From assembly GCF_963921235.1 (NCBI RefSeq), contig NC_086097.1, positions 89,964,001-90,028,000 of the forward strand: a stretch of 64,000 nt of DNA. Reading direction: 5' to 3'. Position numbers and translations under genes: made by a program. This DNA is from Mobula hypostoma. Its lineage: Eukaryota. Positions 50,150-64,000 of the stretch are shown here, piece by piece (position 1 is the first letter of the stretch; each line of letters opens with the position of its first letter). The notes below the pieces were generated by a model that saw nothing but the letters and a program-made list of their open reading frames with translations, ran no database searches and was not told the DNA's origin.

Positions 50150-50485
50150 GGCAACATGGTAATGTAAGGTCAGCACAGTGGCATAGCAGTTAGTGTAACA
50201 CTACAGGACCAGCAATCGGCGATCGGGGTTCAATTCCCACTGCTGTCTGTAAACAGTTTGTACATTCTTCCCGTCACCATGTGAGTTTCCTCCTGGTGCT
50301 CCGGTTTCCTCCCACATTCCCAAGATGTACAGATTAGGGCTAGTCACTTGTGTGGCATGCTATGTTGGTGCCAGAAGCATGGTGGTACTTACAGGCTGCC
50401 CCCAGCACATCCACGGACTGTGTTGGTCGTTGACAGAACCGTAGCTTTTTACTGTATGTTTTGACGTACATGTGACCAATAAAGC
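50150..50485 (+). mobile_element. HE1/V-type SINE
   Basis: ggggttcaattcc B box; tttcctcctggtgctccggtttcctcccacattcc. Confidence 0.75.
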
Positions 50486-50499
50486 CAATTGATTGTTTA

Positions 50500-51150
50500 A
50501 ATAAATAAAGGCTGACAACCAACATGCAAAAGAAGAAAAACTATGCAAATAAAAACCTAATGCTGTGAACAAGAGTTGTAAAGAGTCCTTGAAAGTGAAT
50601 CTGTAGGTCATAGAATCAGTTCAGAGTAGTAGTGATTGAAGTTATCCACACTGGTTCAAGAGTCTAATGGTTCTAGGATAATAACCGTTCCTGAACTTGG
50701 TGTTATGTAACCTAAGACTTCTGTACCTCCTGCCCGTTGGTAGTAGCATAGCATGGCCTGGATGGTGGGTGTTTTTAATGATGGACGCTGCTTTCTTGTG
50801 CTAGTGCTCCATGTAAATATAGTCAATAGTGGGGAGAGCTTTGCCTATGATGGATTGGGTTGTATCCACCACTTTCTGAGACCTTTTTCATTCATGGGCA
50901 TTGGTGTTTACATACCAGTCCATGACACAACCGGCCAGAAGACTTTCCACTATGCATCTATAGAAGCTTGTCAAAGTTTTTGGTGACATGCCCAATGCAC
51001 GCAAACTTCTAAGAAAGTAGAGGCGCTGTCGTGCCTTTATTGTGACGGCACTTACATTCTGGTCACAGGACAGATACTTTAATATGTTAAAGCCAAGGAT
51101 TTTAAAGATACTGATATTCTCCACCTCCAATCCCCAAATGAGAACTGGCT
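50500..51150 (-). mobile_element. Rex1/Babar LINE 3' fragment
   Basis: KARQRLYFLRSLRALGMSPKTLTSFYRCIVESLLAGC in ORF 50888-51169. Confidence 0.85.
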
Positions 51151-53149
51151 CGTGGACCACAGTTGTCACACATCCCTCTGTGACTCAAGTTTACCTTTCT
51201 CCAGAAGTGGCACTTTGCATGTGAGATGGCCTTCTGGGGGTAATGCTTGGACCTCTTGTACTTTGACAGATAGAAATACTCAACACCACCAATCTATCCC
51301 TCAGCCAGGCTTCTGGTTGGGGAGACTCGGATTGATTTGGTGGGGATACACTCGACCACGACAACCATTGTATGAGTCCTTGAAAATGATCCAGTCTCTG
51401 GTTTGAACTAGTCCCATAGTTACTTCTCTGCCTCCCATGACCACCTCTTGGATGTCCTTATCTGCAGGGATGCACATAGGCTTCCACCAGGTGCTTCAGA
51501 TTCCTCCCATATCATGAATTGATTAGTTAATTGTCTGCTGAAAATTGCCCCCGGAGTGTAGATCAGTGGTAGAATCTGATGGGAATGTGGAGGAAATAAA
51601 ATGGGATTAGTGCAGTTTTAGAATAAATGGGTGCTTGATAACTGGTGCATAGTCAGTAGGGCAAAGAGATTGTTTCCATGCTGTTTGACTCCATGATTCT
51701 AAATTACCAGGGCACATGCCTTAGTCACTGCTTGGCCAAAATTCTGGAATATCTCTCTTGTCAGGAATTATTTTCACCACATGGATGGCAACAGTTTAAG
51801 GAAATGATGCACTACCTCTTTCCTAATGATATAAGTTATAAATTCTTTCCTTGCTGGTGAAGCCCACATCTTGGAATAAAAAGAGAAAACAAAACTGTAC
51901 AGAGAACAGGTTCTAATATTGTGTGTTTTTTTAATTATTCATAAATGAAGAGGGTTTTAAATGTTATACCCTGGAGCATTTTGAGTAGAATGACATCAAT
52001 GTGCAGCTGTTACTCCTAAAAATATATCAGCCTTCTAGAGAACAGGATGAAGTGTAGAACTTCTTGTTATTTGTTTATGACCAGAGTTTAACAGCACAGT
52101 TGAGAGGACAATCTGGTCATGGTGATGTCATCCATCTTACCATGCACCACCTGAAGGAGGAGATACAGTGCCAGCAAATTTGCAAAATTTAACTGAATGC
52201 TGCAGGGCATTTGACATGTATAATTCATAGTGGCAGCACATCAAAGCATCAGTTAATTTACAATAAAAGCAATGAAGAAAAGAATGCCATTATGACCTTA
52301 GGACAACCTAGGCAGTTATGTAGAGGCACGAGAGCCTGCAAGATGCTGGAAACTGGAGCAAAAGAAACAAATTGCTGGAGGAACTCATTGAGTCAAGCAG
52401 CATCTATTTGGGGAAAGGAATTGTCAATGTTTTGGGTCGAGACCCTGCACTAGCTCTTAATGGGCCATAGATGATTCTACTCAGACCTCAGCTCCTCTTC
52501 TTCGCCAGTTTCCCATCACCTTTAATTCCATGATCTTTCCAAAAAAAATTGACTACTTTAAATACATAAGTCTTCACAGCAGGGAATTCCAGAAATTTGC
52601 CACCCTTTGCAAGAAGAAGTTCCAACGCATGAGTTGCAAAGCTATGCCTTTCCAACTCAGAACTTAAAACTAACTTTTCTGATGAAGGGTCTTTGAGATG
52701 AAATGTTAATTGTTTCTCGTTCCACAGATGCCGCCTGACCAACGGAATATGTTTCCAGCCTTTTCTCTGTGTGTTCCATTTCTATCTCAGATGCTATGGA
52801 GCCAAAACCAAACGCTTTAGTCTAATGACAGTTAAATACCTCATCAAATGGAGAGTTTTTAACCGAAGTCACAGTGAGTTTATAGCAACGCGGGCACTTT
52901 TGAAAGCCACCCAATATGGCACAGAATAATAGTAAATAAAAACTATTCCCACTCACTCAAATGCTAGTCAGGCTACTAACACAGAATCAGCAAGTGGCAG
53001 CTGATGTACCTGTAGGCATTATGGGGTCCTACACTGGGTGGGGAACAGCGGGTCAGGAGGTCTCAAGGATGGCCTTTGCAAAAGGGTACTTGGTAGTATG
53101 AGAGAGATCCCAGAATGTTGTAAGCTCGGTCAGCTCCGCCATGGCCCCC

Positions 53150-53732
53150 AGACTCCACTACATCCAGGACATCTTCCAGGAATGATGGCTCAAAAAGGCA
53201 GCGTCTGTCACTAAGGACCCCCACCACCCAGGACGTACACTCTTCTCATTGCCACCATCAAGGAGAAGGTAGAGGAGCCGAAAGGCACACACACAATGAA
53301 TCAGGAACAGCTTCTTTCCCTGTCTTCAGATTCCTGAATGAACATTGAACCCATGAACACTACCTCAGTACTTCTTTTCTCTTTTGCATACTTACTTAAT
53401 TTATCTTTGTGTTTTATATATATATTTCTTACTGTAATTTACAGCTTTTATTATTATGTCTTGCAAAGTACTGCTGCCACATAACGACAAATTTCATGAC
53501 ATTCGCCAGCGATCTCACTTTACTTACTCTTTATCTTGTTATTTCATGCTCTCCTTATTTACTTATATTTGCACTTGCACAGTTTGTTGTCTCCTATGTC
53601 CTTGCTCTTTCATCGATCCTGTTTACAGTTACTGTTCTATAGATTTGCTGAGTATGCCCACAGGAAAAAGAATCTCAGAGTTGCATGTGATGACATATCT
53701 GTACTCTGATAATAGCATTTATTTTGAACTTT
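53150..53732 (+). mobile_element. Rex1/Babar-type 3' ends (two joined tails)
   Basis: IQDIF...LKKAASVTKDPHHPG peptide remnant and AT-rich 3' UTRs ending ttttgaactttga. Confidence 0.7.
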
Positions 53733-55289
53733 GATGCTAAATCTGATTTAGGTTATGGTCTATGTTCTATTTTTTGTTCACTGCACCACACTGACCTCTC
53801 GTCTAACAATATTGTAAGTTCAACGATATTATCAATATCAAAGCGATTCTGAATAGTTTTTGCATCAAAATATTGTAGAACAATGAAGCAGATTATCAAT
53901 AAGTAGAATTATTAATACGATGGGCTATATTTAGTTGACATCAGTGCTCCATGAACATTTATTTAACAGCAATTTGATCTTTTCATTCTTGCATTTGAAA
54001 TGGAATAGTAGAATTTAGAATTAGATAAGTTTTATTTCCCTAGAAACTGGATTGCACAAATTTCTAAACATGGGTTAAAATTAGAATCAATGGCATATCT
54101 GAAGCTGACAAAAAAATCATGAAATTGAAATATACTCGATTTAGAAAAGCATTACTGTGACTTACTAACTTGTAGACACATTAGAGCCCAACCGGTGTAT
54201 TTTCCAGAGATTGATGGGAAGCAGGCCAATGAGATGAATGAGAATTTATCATGGCAGTCAAAGACTGTCAAGGGCAATTAGGGTGGAGGATAGGAAACAG
54301 AATACATCTGAAGTAGGGAGGGAGAAAATGAGGCAGAATGAACGGGAGGGAAACAGGGAGGGAGAGGTTTTCAAGGAAACATCACCTATGCTATGAAGTC
54401 ATTAAAATCAGGCAGGGAGGTCGAGAGCCATGATTGAAGATAGAGGAAGCTGTGTGTTGACCATAATCAGGACATTTGGGCTAGTAAATGAGCTGGAGAG
54501 GTGTGGTTACAATCTTTCAGATTCAGGTTTATTTATTCTATCGAACTCCGGCGCCAACATAGCATTCCGCAACGCTCAGCAGAACAACACAGAACACAGC
54601 AAAGCAGAATATACCAAGCAATAAAGCTAACAGTGAAACAAGCCCCACTACTCTACTCATTCCAACCCACCCAAGCACAGACTTAGTCCTCTAACCCTAG
54701 GACAAGCCATCGTCAGAATCATTCTCCAGAGATGAGCTGAGAGCTTTGACTTATGCTATTCCACGGGCAGTTGATGCTTTTATTAAGGTTAAAATCAGTG
54801 ACTGACTTTCAAAATAAAGATTATATCTGAGTAATTCAGTAGTATTTAAGCTCTTTTCTAATAAAGCAAGTGGTAAATCCAACTTTTTCATCTGAATTCT
54901 GCCCTTGTATCAATAAAAAGCTGTTGCACACATTTATGAAATCATTACATATGTAAGATACAATGGGAAAATACCACATGGATGAAGGTGAATCACACCT
55001 GGGAGTGATTGGTCTAATCTCCTGATGGAAGGGAATTCACCTGGAGATGTGGGTGTGTTACAGGTGACATTCTATGCATAATTGTTCTCTAAAAATGGGC
55101 AAAAAATGGATCTCATATAATCCTGCTTCCAGGCCAATGGTCATTTCAAATTGACCAATCTGAGCATGTACAAAATGATCAATATGAGTTGTTCATCAAG
55201 TCATTTTAGTGTGGAACAGAATATTTTACATCTGGCAAGTTGAAGAGCTCTTGCTTACATTAACAAAAAAAGTCTATGAGCAACTGAAG

Positions 55290-56598
55290 ACCATAAGACA
55301 GTCAGACACAGGAGCAGAATTAGGCCATTTGGTCCACTGAGTCTGCTCTACTATTCCATCATGGTTTATTATCCCTCAACCCCATTCTCTTGCCCGCTCC
55401 CCATAATCTTTGACCTCCTGACTAATCCAAAAGCCTATCAACCTCTGTTTTAAATATACTCAATGACTTGGCCTCCACAGGTCAAGAAATTCCTCCTCAT
55501 CTCTGTTCTAAATGGATGCCCCTCTATTTTGACACTGTGCCCTCTGATCCTAGACTCATCCACTTTAGGAAACATCCTGTCCACAGCCACTCTATCTAGG
55601 CTTTTCAATATTCGATAGGTTTCAGTGAGATGCTTCTCATTCTTCTAAACTCCTGCAAGTATGGGCCCGGAGCCATCAAATCCTCCTCATACATTAACCC
55701 TTTCATTCCCAGAATCATTCTTGTGAACCTCCCAATGCTATTACATTTTTTCTTAGATACGGAACCCAAAACTGCTCACCATATTCCAAGTATGGTTTTA
55801 CAAATGCCTTATAAAGTCTCAGCATTACATCACTGCTTTTATATACTAGTCCTCTCAAAATGAATGCCTATATTTCATTTACCTTCCTCACTACCTACTC
55901 AATCTGCAAGTTAGCCTTCAGGGAATCTTGCAAAATGACCCGCAAGTTCCTTTGTATCTCTGATTTTTAAATTTTCTCCTTGTTTTGACAATGTCTACCA
56001 CTTTATTCCATCTGCCACTTCTTTGCCGATTCTCCTAATCTGACTATGTACTTCTGCAGTTTCCTTGCTTTCTTAACTCTACCTGCCCTTGCACCTATCT
56101 TCAGATTGTCCTCAGACTTGGCCAAAAATCCATCAATTCCATCATCCGAATTTTGACAAATAATGGGAAAAGAAGCAATCTCAACACCAATCCCTATGGA
56201 ATACTACTAGTCAATGGGAACCAACCAGAAAAGACCTGCCTTAGTCACACTCTTTGCCTCTTGCCAGTCAGCCAATTTTTTATCCATGCTAATATCTTCC
56301 CTGTAATACCACGGAGTCTTACCTTCTTAATTAAGTTTTTGTCAAAGGCTTTCTGAAAATCCAAGTAAACAGCATTCGTGACTTTCCTTTGTCTATCCTG
56401 CCCATTAGTTCCTTGAAAAATTCCAACAGATTTGTCAGGCAAGATTTCCCCGAAAGGAAACCATGCTGACTTTAGCCTATTTTATCATGTACCTCCAAGT
56501 ACCCCGAAAGCCCATCCATGATAATGGGGCCCAACATCTTCCCATACACTGAAGTCAGGCTAAGTGGCCTCCCTCCCTTCTTAAAGAGTGGAGTAACA
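55290..56598 (-). mobile_element. Decayed CR1 RT/3' fragment
   Basis: NAVYLDFQKAFDK...GITGKILAWIKNWLTGKRQRV in ORF 56245-56442; CR1 tail at ~55290-55340. Confidence 0.85.
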
Positions 56599-57458
56599 GG
56601 GAATTGAGGCAACCTAGAAATTGAATGAGGACTCTTGGAGGGGGAAGTTGGGGGAGCACAGATGCACTCTGGAGATCGTTCTAACTGGTTGCAAAACTGT
56701 CTGGTATGGAAGCGTCAATGCACAGATTTGTAAGAGGTTTCAAATGTTGTAGACTCAGGAAGCTCCCTCATGGGCAGAAGCTTCCCCAACATCGAGGACA
56801 TCTTCCAAAGGCTGTGCCTCAAGAATGTGGCACTTCATTGAGGACCATCACCATCTGAGACCTGCCGTCTTCTTATTACCACCTTAGGAGGAGGTACAGG
56901 AGACTGAAGATGCACACTCAGCATCTTAGGAACTTCTTCACCTCCGTAAATCAGCTTTCTGAATAGTACATGAACCCACAAACAAAACCTCCCTATTCCT
57001 CTTTTGCGCTATTTATTTGTTTTCATTGTAACTTATTGTTATGCCTGCATTGTAATGCTGGAGAAAGAAGAGACAATATAAAGCTAAAAGTGTAAAGAAA
57101 GAAAGTAACAAAAGAGATAGTGTTGCAAACAGGAAGTAAGATTTGCAAGGAATATTAACACCAACACAACATGACTTTTTAAATCATTTTATTTTGAAGA
57201 GGGTGATAGTCAGGAGTCACTTGGACCTTTGAAAACATAATTTGATTTATCACGTTATCATCCAGATTGTTGATATAGATGCCAAGCCATAAGGGATGCA
57301 ATACTGATCACTGCAGCACACCACTAGTCACAGGCCTCCAGTCAAAGAGGCAACCATCTACTCTTACTATCTGGCTTCTCCCATGAAGCCAATGTCTAAT
57401 CCAATTTGCTATCTCATTTTGAATGCAAAGTGACTGAACTTTTTGACCAACCTCCAAT

Positions 57459-59790
57459 TCTCGCAGCCACAGACGCGGCTGCAGTGTCTGCACGTCCTCT
57501 CAGGCGGGCTGCGGAACAGATTCAGCAATCACACTCGTGAGTATGCATGCTCCGGCCAATCTGTGTTTTACTGAGGTGGTGCTTAACTTCCTTCCTCTCA
57601 TACCAGTCTTGTTGAGACTTGACCAAAAGCGCAGAAACATCTATGCTCCCTGTTTACTTCGGTCCTTGCTCTGGGAGAGAAGATTACTGTTTAGATTGAC
57701 ACTGTAAAGCAGCGGTATTCATTTAGTATTAAGTTACTGCTTCCTAGCTGCAGTGTCAGCATTATCTTTCAGTCTGAGAGTTTTAGTTAATGGCCTGTTG
57801 CCCCAGTGTTCATTGTTTCTCCTTTAATTCTGCACAGCTCTTTCTAAAAGTCAGTGAACTGTTCATCCGTTTTAGTGTCTCTCTCTCTGCACTTGGGTCG
57901 TAACCACACGCTTGTGTCAGCAAGTCTCAACCATTAAAATCGACCCTGTAGAGAGGGACAGCTGATCTGGGCCCAGAGTTTAATGGGGTAAGTAGGAGAA
58001 GGGCTGAAGGTGGTAACGGCTGGACGGCTGGGGTGGCAGCTGTGGCTTGTGCGGTGGGACAGCTCTCGCGCAGTGGCAACCCCTGTCCACTCCGAAGTTC
58101 ATTGGTCAGATGGAGGAGAAATTAATGTCAGTGGAGTCTGGGTTGGCTGAAGTGGCTGGCACAGTGCAGCCGTTGCTTTTAGAGCACCAAGCCCAGTCCA
58201 AACGGGAAGAGCAGGTGGCAGCATCCGCAGCGACACTTCAGCATCTAACTACTGACAGCCAGAATCAGGTGGCAGCCTTTACCACTCTCACTGCTGCAAT
58301 CCAGCAGCAGCTGCCTTTGGCCAGGATAGTCTTACTCCCAGCATCTCCCCATCTTCATATGTAGCAGTCTTCCATTAGTGTCCCGATTGATTCCCTTCGT
58401 GGTTTCCAGATCAGAGCTGAGCAGGCAGACGCTCCAGTGACCCCCGATGGCTGCAGGAACTTTATTACCCAAAGTTAGCTGACTTTCCAAGCCCAGCCTG
58501 GTCAGTTTGGTGATGATGCACATGGTTTACATGGTGAATTTCTTAGGTGGACCTCCACACAGCCGGTTCAACTTTCTACAAGAGTAAGGATCCCCTGTAG
58601 CCCAGCCGTTCTCATAATTCGCGGCTGAAATCAAGAGAGTGTTTGATCTTCCAGTAGAGGGTAAGGAGACAGCCCAGCGACTCCTGGATCTGTGCCAGGA
58701 GAAAGGGACAGAGGGGGATTATTCTGTAAAGTTCCGTATGCTTGCAGTTGAGACGGTGTGGAATGAGAGATCTCTCATCACTGCTTTCCATTGTGGGCTG
58801 AGTGCAGGGGTTTGGCATGAGATCACAGTGCTGATGATCCGATAAATCTTGCCATTCAACAGCCGGGCATTTGAATGGCACAGAGAACGAATGCCCCCAG
58901 CTTCCAAATCTTTAGACCACCATCTGCCCTCACCCTCTCCCACAACACTCAGTGCCCAGTGCACAGAGAATCCTGTGAAGGTGGTGTGCATGCCCCTGTC
59001 TCTGGAGAAAGAAGATGAGCCCAGGAAAACCAGCTCCTGCCTTTACTGTGGCAGTCCAGGCCGTTTCCAGGAATCATGTCCCAAGCTCCCAGTAAAAGTG
59101 GATACCCATCAGCAGGAAGGAACATTCTGACGGGTCCATTCTCCCTGCATGCATCTTCCCTTAATCACCTAACAACGCCAAAGTCCTTATTGTGCGAGTC
59201 CCAGACCCACGAGTTTCAGGTACTTACTGACTCAGGGACCTCATGGATATCTTTCTGGCTCAAAGTTGGGGAGCTCTGAGTTAGCAATTAAGAGAGGATA
59301 TCAACGCTGAGGCTTTAGGTGGTCGGCCTCTGGGCACCAACAATTTCCACCTTTCCAGACAGCCCCTCCGACTTGTGCTAGAGGGAAACCATAGGGAATG
59401 GTTCACCCTCTATAGGCTTGATTTCCCTGAACTGCCACTGATTCTTGGCTTTCCATGGCTATCTTGCCATAACCCACAGATCAATCAGTCCCTAAAGGCA
59501 CTCCAAGAGTGGGGACTGTCATGTCTGCCTGCCTGTCTGGGTCCAGCTCAAGCCCCTGTTGGCAAACCTCCTCCTGCGCCAACTGCTAGTGTTGACCTGT
59601 CTCGTGTTCTGGTTGAGTATGCTGACCTTCCTGAAGCCTTCAGTAAGAAGGAGGCTACCTCCCTGCTGCCACGCCAGCCCATACAACTGTGCCATTTGCC
59701 TCTTACCTCCCCAGGGTCTTCCACAGGGCTGGCTCTTCTCCCTCTCTCATCCAGAAATGCCGGCTATGGAAATGTATATCAAAGAGGCGT
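57459..59790 (+). mobile_element. Decayed sushi-like Gypsy (Metaviridae) LTR retrotransposon: 5' LTR, gag, protease, RT start
   Basis: Gag VFDLPVEGKETAQRLLDLCQ...DYSVKFRMLAVETVWNE; knuckle CLYCGSPGRFQESCP; protease VLTDSG and LILGFPWLSCHNPQI; RT start YNCAICLLP...LFSLSHPE..AMEMYIKE; probable LTR ~57459-57918 ending ...gtca; truncated at ~59790. Confidence 0.88.
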
Positions 59791-60864
59791 GGCGCGGGTG
59801 CAGACACACCCAGCCTTCAGGCACCAGGCAAGGTCATTTGATTCCAAACAATTGGCTTATGGATTGTTACAGAATGTCTCTCTAGTGCTTCCCACTCCCT
59901 CCCCTTTCCCCAACCATGATTCCCCTCTCCCTGTTTCCTTCCCACTCTCAGCTCACAGTAGAGACCCATATCAGAATCAGGTTTATCATCACTCACATAT
60001 GTCATGAAATTTGTTTTTATTTTACAGCACATTACAGTACAATGCATAAAATTATTACAGTAGCATGCAAAGGTCTCAGGCACCCGAGCTATATACACAT
60101 GCCAAAGAGTTTTGCATAGTACTTTTTATTGCGAATAAAATTTATTTTAGATTAAAGAAGAGAGATACAGAGCTGCTCAGCTTGCAGCGTGACAAGGACC
60201 TTGCATCTTTCTCTGCAGCCCCTTCAAGAACACAGCGCGCAAAGAGTTGAGCAACAGTGCTTGAGACAGTGAGTGTAAGCAACGGGCCCCAGCGCACGTT
60301 CACTTGCAGCCAGCAGTTGATTCCTTTCAACGTTGATCTGGAATTCTTATCATCCATTCTGGAGGATCTCATGAGATACTTGGGTGTGTTGAATACATCA
60401 TGAACTAAGCCAGCTTTCTAACTGCTGTGTTGAAGGTCTGTAATCCAACATTAACAACTAAGACTAATGCATGAATATGCAGGCAATGAAGAGATATGGA
60501 TCACATTACAGGCAGAAAAGAATTTGTTTAATTCAGCATCATGCTTGGTACAAATATTGAGGGCTGAAAGGCCTGTTCCTGTTTTATGTTCTATGTTCTA
60601 ACACTAGCTACACTTTGAGCTCAAACACTGACAACCTGTTCAGATCTATCCACAGAAATGCAAGACAAATTCTATCCAGCTATTAAATGCATGAATAATT
60701 TAGTCTTAAAGATTTATAAAGTGCTTAAGACTGCTAACAAATAGGACCTACTCACCAATAAAATGATTATCAGTAAACAGGCTATTTTTTAACAGGTGAA
60801 AGGGTCTTGGTCCAAAGACTGACAAAATGGCTGAATTCCATAGGTGAGGTGACAGGGGCCAAAA

Positions 60865-61425
60865 GACCATAAGAAATAGGAGCAGAATTAGGTCTTTCAG
60901 CCCATCAAGTCTGCTCCTCCATTTCTTCATGGCTAATCAATTTCCCTCTCAGCCCCATACTTCTGCCTTCTCCTCGTAGCCTTTCATGCCCTGACTAATC
61001 AAGAATCTATCAACCTCTGCTTTAAATACACCCAGTCTCCTGGCTTCTACAGCTGCCTGTGGCAATGAATTCTACCACCCTCTGGCTAAAGATATTCCTC
61101 TTCATCTCCGTCTTAAATAGACATCCCTCTATTCTGAGGCTGTGCCCTCTGGTCCTAGACTCCTCGCCATAGGAAACATCCTTTCCACATCCACTCTATC
61201 CAAGGCTTTCAACATTCGATAGGTTTTTATGAGTTTCCCCCTCATTCTTCTAAATTCCAACAAGTAAAGGCCCTGTGTCACCAATCACTCCTCCTACGAT
61301 AAGCCTTTCATTCCTTGAATCATTCTTGTCAACCTTCTCTGAATCCTCTTCAATGTCAGCCTATCCTTTCTTAAATAAGAGGCCCAAATCTGCTCACAAT
61401 ACTCCAAGTGAGGCCTCACCAGTAC
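60865..61425 (-). mobile_element. CR1 3' fragment
   Basis: Tail gaccataagaaataggagcagaattagg; homologous to 55290-55800. Confidence 0.8.
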
Positions 61426-63319
61426 ATCCTTGCCGTGACATCAAGAATGATTCAAGGAACCCTAGCAAAAATGAAATTGATTGGGACCAGAGAGAAAACT
61501 CTAATGACTTGAACCAAACCTCGTACAAAAGAGGATTGTTCCGACTATTGGAGGTCAGTCCCCTCGATCCCAGGACATCTCTATTTCGGTCCCTCAGGGC
61601 AATGCCACAGATATAATTATGTGCAGCTGTTCGTCCTCCATCTTAGGATCTGAGGTGGGGTGCGTTCTGACAAATGCACACTGGTTGCTTCCATTCACAA
61701 GTCCTCGGGTATCACACCAGATTTGGCTGGATGTGGACAATATCCAGGCTTAGATTGATAAGAGGCAAGTAACACAAGTGCAAAGCAACAACAGCCTTCG
61801 AAGGAAAGGTTAACAATTTACACTTACATTAGCCACAATGTTGAGAAACTTCAGTGAATGCCACAGAAGCACTACAACTGCAAGATCAGATTACATGTAG
61901 ATACCTCACCTCTAGGCTTCTCAAAAGCTTTCCAACATCCATGAGGTACAGGTTAAATATGTGATGAAATATTGTCCATTAGGCTGGGTGAGTTAACCCC
62001 TCGTAACTCCCAAATAGTTTAACGTAATACAAGCCAACCCAGTCAGCTTTATCAGCGATGCACTCATCACCTTAATTAACCTTTCCATTCATCATCGTAG
62101 GAAAATTTATAACGTACACAGAGTAAGATAGTTAAAGTACAGCAGGGTTGGAATGAATCAACATGAGGTACTTCATTGAAGAGAGAGGGTATGAGGGAAA
62201 GCGTAAGTGTTCTACCATCTTTTAGTTCTCCTTCCATCAGACAGAAGGCACACAGTCAACGATTCAGGACTAGCTGCTTCCTCTCTGCCATCCGATTTCT
62301 GAATGGACATTGAGCCCATGAACACTACCTCACCACTTTTTTTGCACTACTTATTTAACCATTACATATACTTACTGTAATTCACAGTTTTTAGTGTTAT
62401 GTATTGCATAGTACTGCTACCACAAAAACAACAAATTTCATGACAAATGTGGGTGATAACAACCCTCATTCTGGAATAAAACTAGACTCTCCAGGGTGGC
62501 ACCTTCAGTTTCTAACTTACCTGCATTCTAAAGCAATGCCTCCTCTAATCACAAGCTCCACAGTCCATCCTTACTTGTTGTATCTGTAGGCTGGTCCAGC
62601 TTTGTCTTGAAGTCCACAGACAAGTCCAGCATTTTTGCCAACTAATTGGCAATTGGGTGTTGCAGTTGGGTGTCAACTAAAGCAAGGTTGTATTTTTCTA
62701 GAGCAGGGGTTCGCAACATTTTATATACATAGAGTTTCACCATTAAGTAAGGAGTTGTGGACCCCAGGTGGGGAACCCGTGCTCCAGAGGCTGATCTTTT
62801 CATCAGCATTCTGATCAAACAAGTGCTGGTTAGTGCTTCCACTATCCTGGCCTGCAATATCTTTCCTGTCCCATGCCAACTACAGCTTCACCATATTCTC
62901 TCTTGTTTCTAAATGCTAAAGAAACGAAAGAATTTAATTCATAAAGTACATTTACTGGTTGCACGATGTATCAATGGTCTTTATTACCAATTTGTGATGT
63001 ATGAAACAATGGACTCACAGCACATCCTTGCAAATAGTGAATAGCAAAGTGCTTTTTCATGTGCAGGGAATTAATGTGAATTTCCCCTTTTATTTTCAAT
63101 AGTGCCATACACCTTACAATACATATGAGGGTTCAATGTCATATTAAAGACAAAATATCAAAATGAGCATTTGATCACTGAGCTTACAATGTTTTTCGTA
63201 CATACCTTTAGAAGTAAGTTTATTTAAATAAGTCAAAGCTTGGAATCATCAAAGTGCCTTCTACAGATATCATCTGTTTAAAAATAGGAAAAGTAATAAG
63301 TTTGCTATAATTTTCTCCT

Positions 63320-64000
63320 TGTGCAATTGGATCCTGGATTTCCTCACTTGCAGGCCTCAGTCATTTTGGGAACAGCATCTCCTCCATGAGACCCATCAGC
63401 ACGGGTGCACCACAAGGCTGTGTGCTTACCCCCCCGCTCTACTCGCTTTACACCTATCACCATGTGGCTAAGCACAGCTCCAAAGCCATATTCAGGTTTG
63501 CCGATGACACCACTACTGTGTGCCAAGTCAAAAGTGATGATGAATCAGCAAAGAGAGGGGAGATTGAAAACTTGACTGGGTGTTGTCATAACAACAACCT
63601 CTCACTCAACGTCAACAAGACCAGGAAATTGGTTGTAGACTTCTGGAGAGGGAAACTAGAGGTCCATGAGCCAGTCCTCATGAAAAGATCAGAGGTGGAG
63701 AGCGTTAGCAACTTTTAGTTCCTGGGTGTTACTATTTCAGAGGAGCGACCTCGGACACAGCACATGCGTGCAATTGGAAAGAAAGCACGGCAGCACCTCT
63801 ACTTCCTTAGGAGTCTGTGGAGATTCAGCATGACATCTGAAACTTTGACAAACTTCTATCGATATGCAGTGGAGAGAGTATTAACTGGATGCTTCATAGC
63901 TTGGTATGGGAACACCAATGCCTTTGAATGGAAAATCCTTCAAAAGGTAGTGGATTTGGCCCAGTACATCATGGGTAAAGCCCTTTCGACCACTGAGCAT
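63320..64000 (+). mobile_element. Rex1/Babar LINE RT region (runs off the window)
   Basis: STGAPQGCVLTPPLYSLYT, IFRFADDTT, NNLSLNVNKTRKLVVDF. Confidence 0.9.

Noticed and set aside
60131..60403. ~90-codon frame after ttttag with a single internal TGA
   Set aside because: No recognisable protein family and no SECIS evident; compatible with chance
1..64000. CRISPR arrays, operons or prokaryotic defence systems
   Set aside because: Sequence is eukaryotic and TE-rich; no regularly spaced repeat-spacer array; RT and nuclease ORFs belong to known retrotransposon clades

Overview
Vertebrate genomic DNA dominated by transposable elements. The repeat repertoire (CR1, Rex1/Babar, Penelope, HE1/V-type SINEs) suggests a cartilaginous fish, probably a ray; this is an inference. 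No complete host gene could be assembled. The window holds: (1) a CpG-island, probably bidirectional promoter at ~27.9-28.5 kb, with a candidate minus-strand non-coding first exon and a plus-strand 20-codon signal-peptide-like first exon; (2) an intronless, triply deleted ferritin pseudogene (44.03-44.34 kb, minus) not evident from the ORF track; (3) many Penelope-like element (PLE) pieces, namely one decayed near-full-length copy, one young 1.8-kb inverted-repeat copy with a GIY-YIG ORF, and several ~200-bp inverted mini-elements. These pieces carry minimal hammerhead-ribozyme cores in varying states of decay, and the delimitable insertions have 12-15-bp TSDs; (4) two young CR1 copies, one with an open 479-aa RT frame and one with the RT core deleted; (5) Tc1, PIF/Harbinger and hAT DNA-transposon derivatives; (6) a decayed sushi-type Gypsy LTR element; (7) SINEs and a compound (TG)n satellite. 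Most short ORFs in the track are TE read-throughs or chance ORFs.
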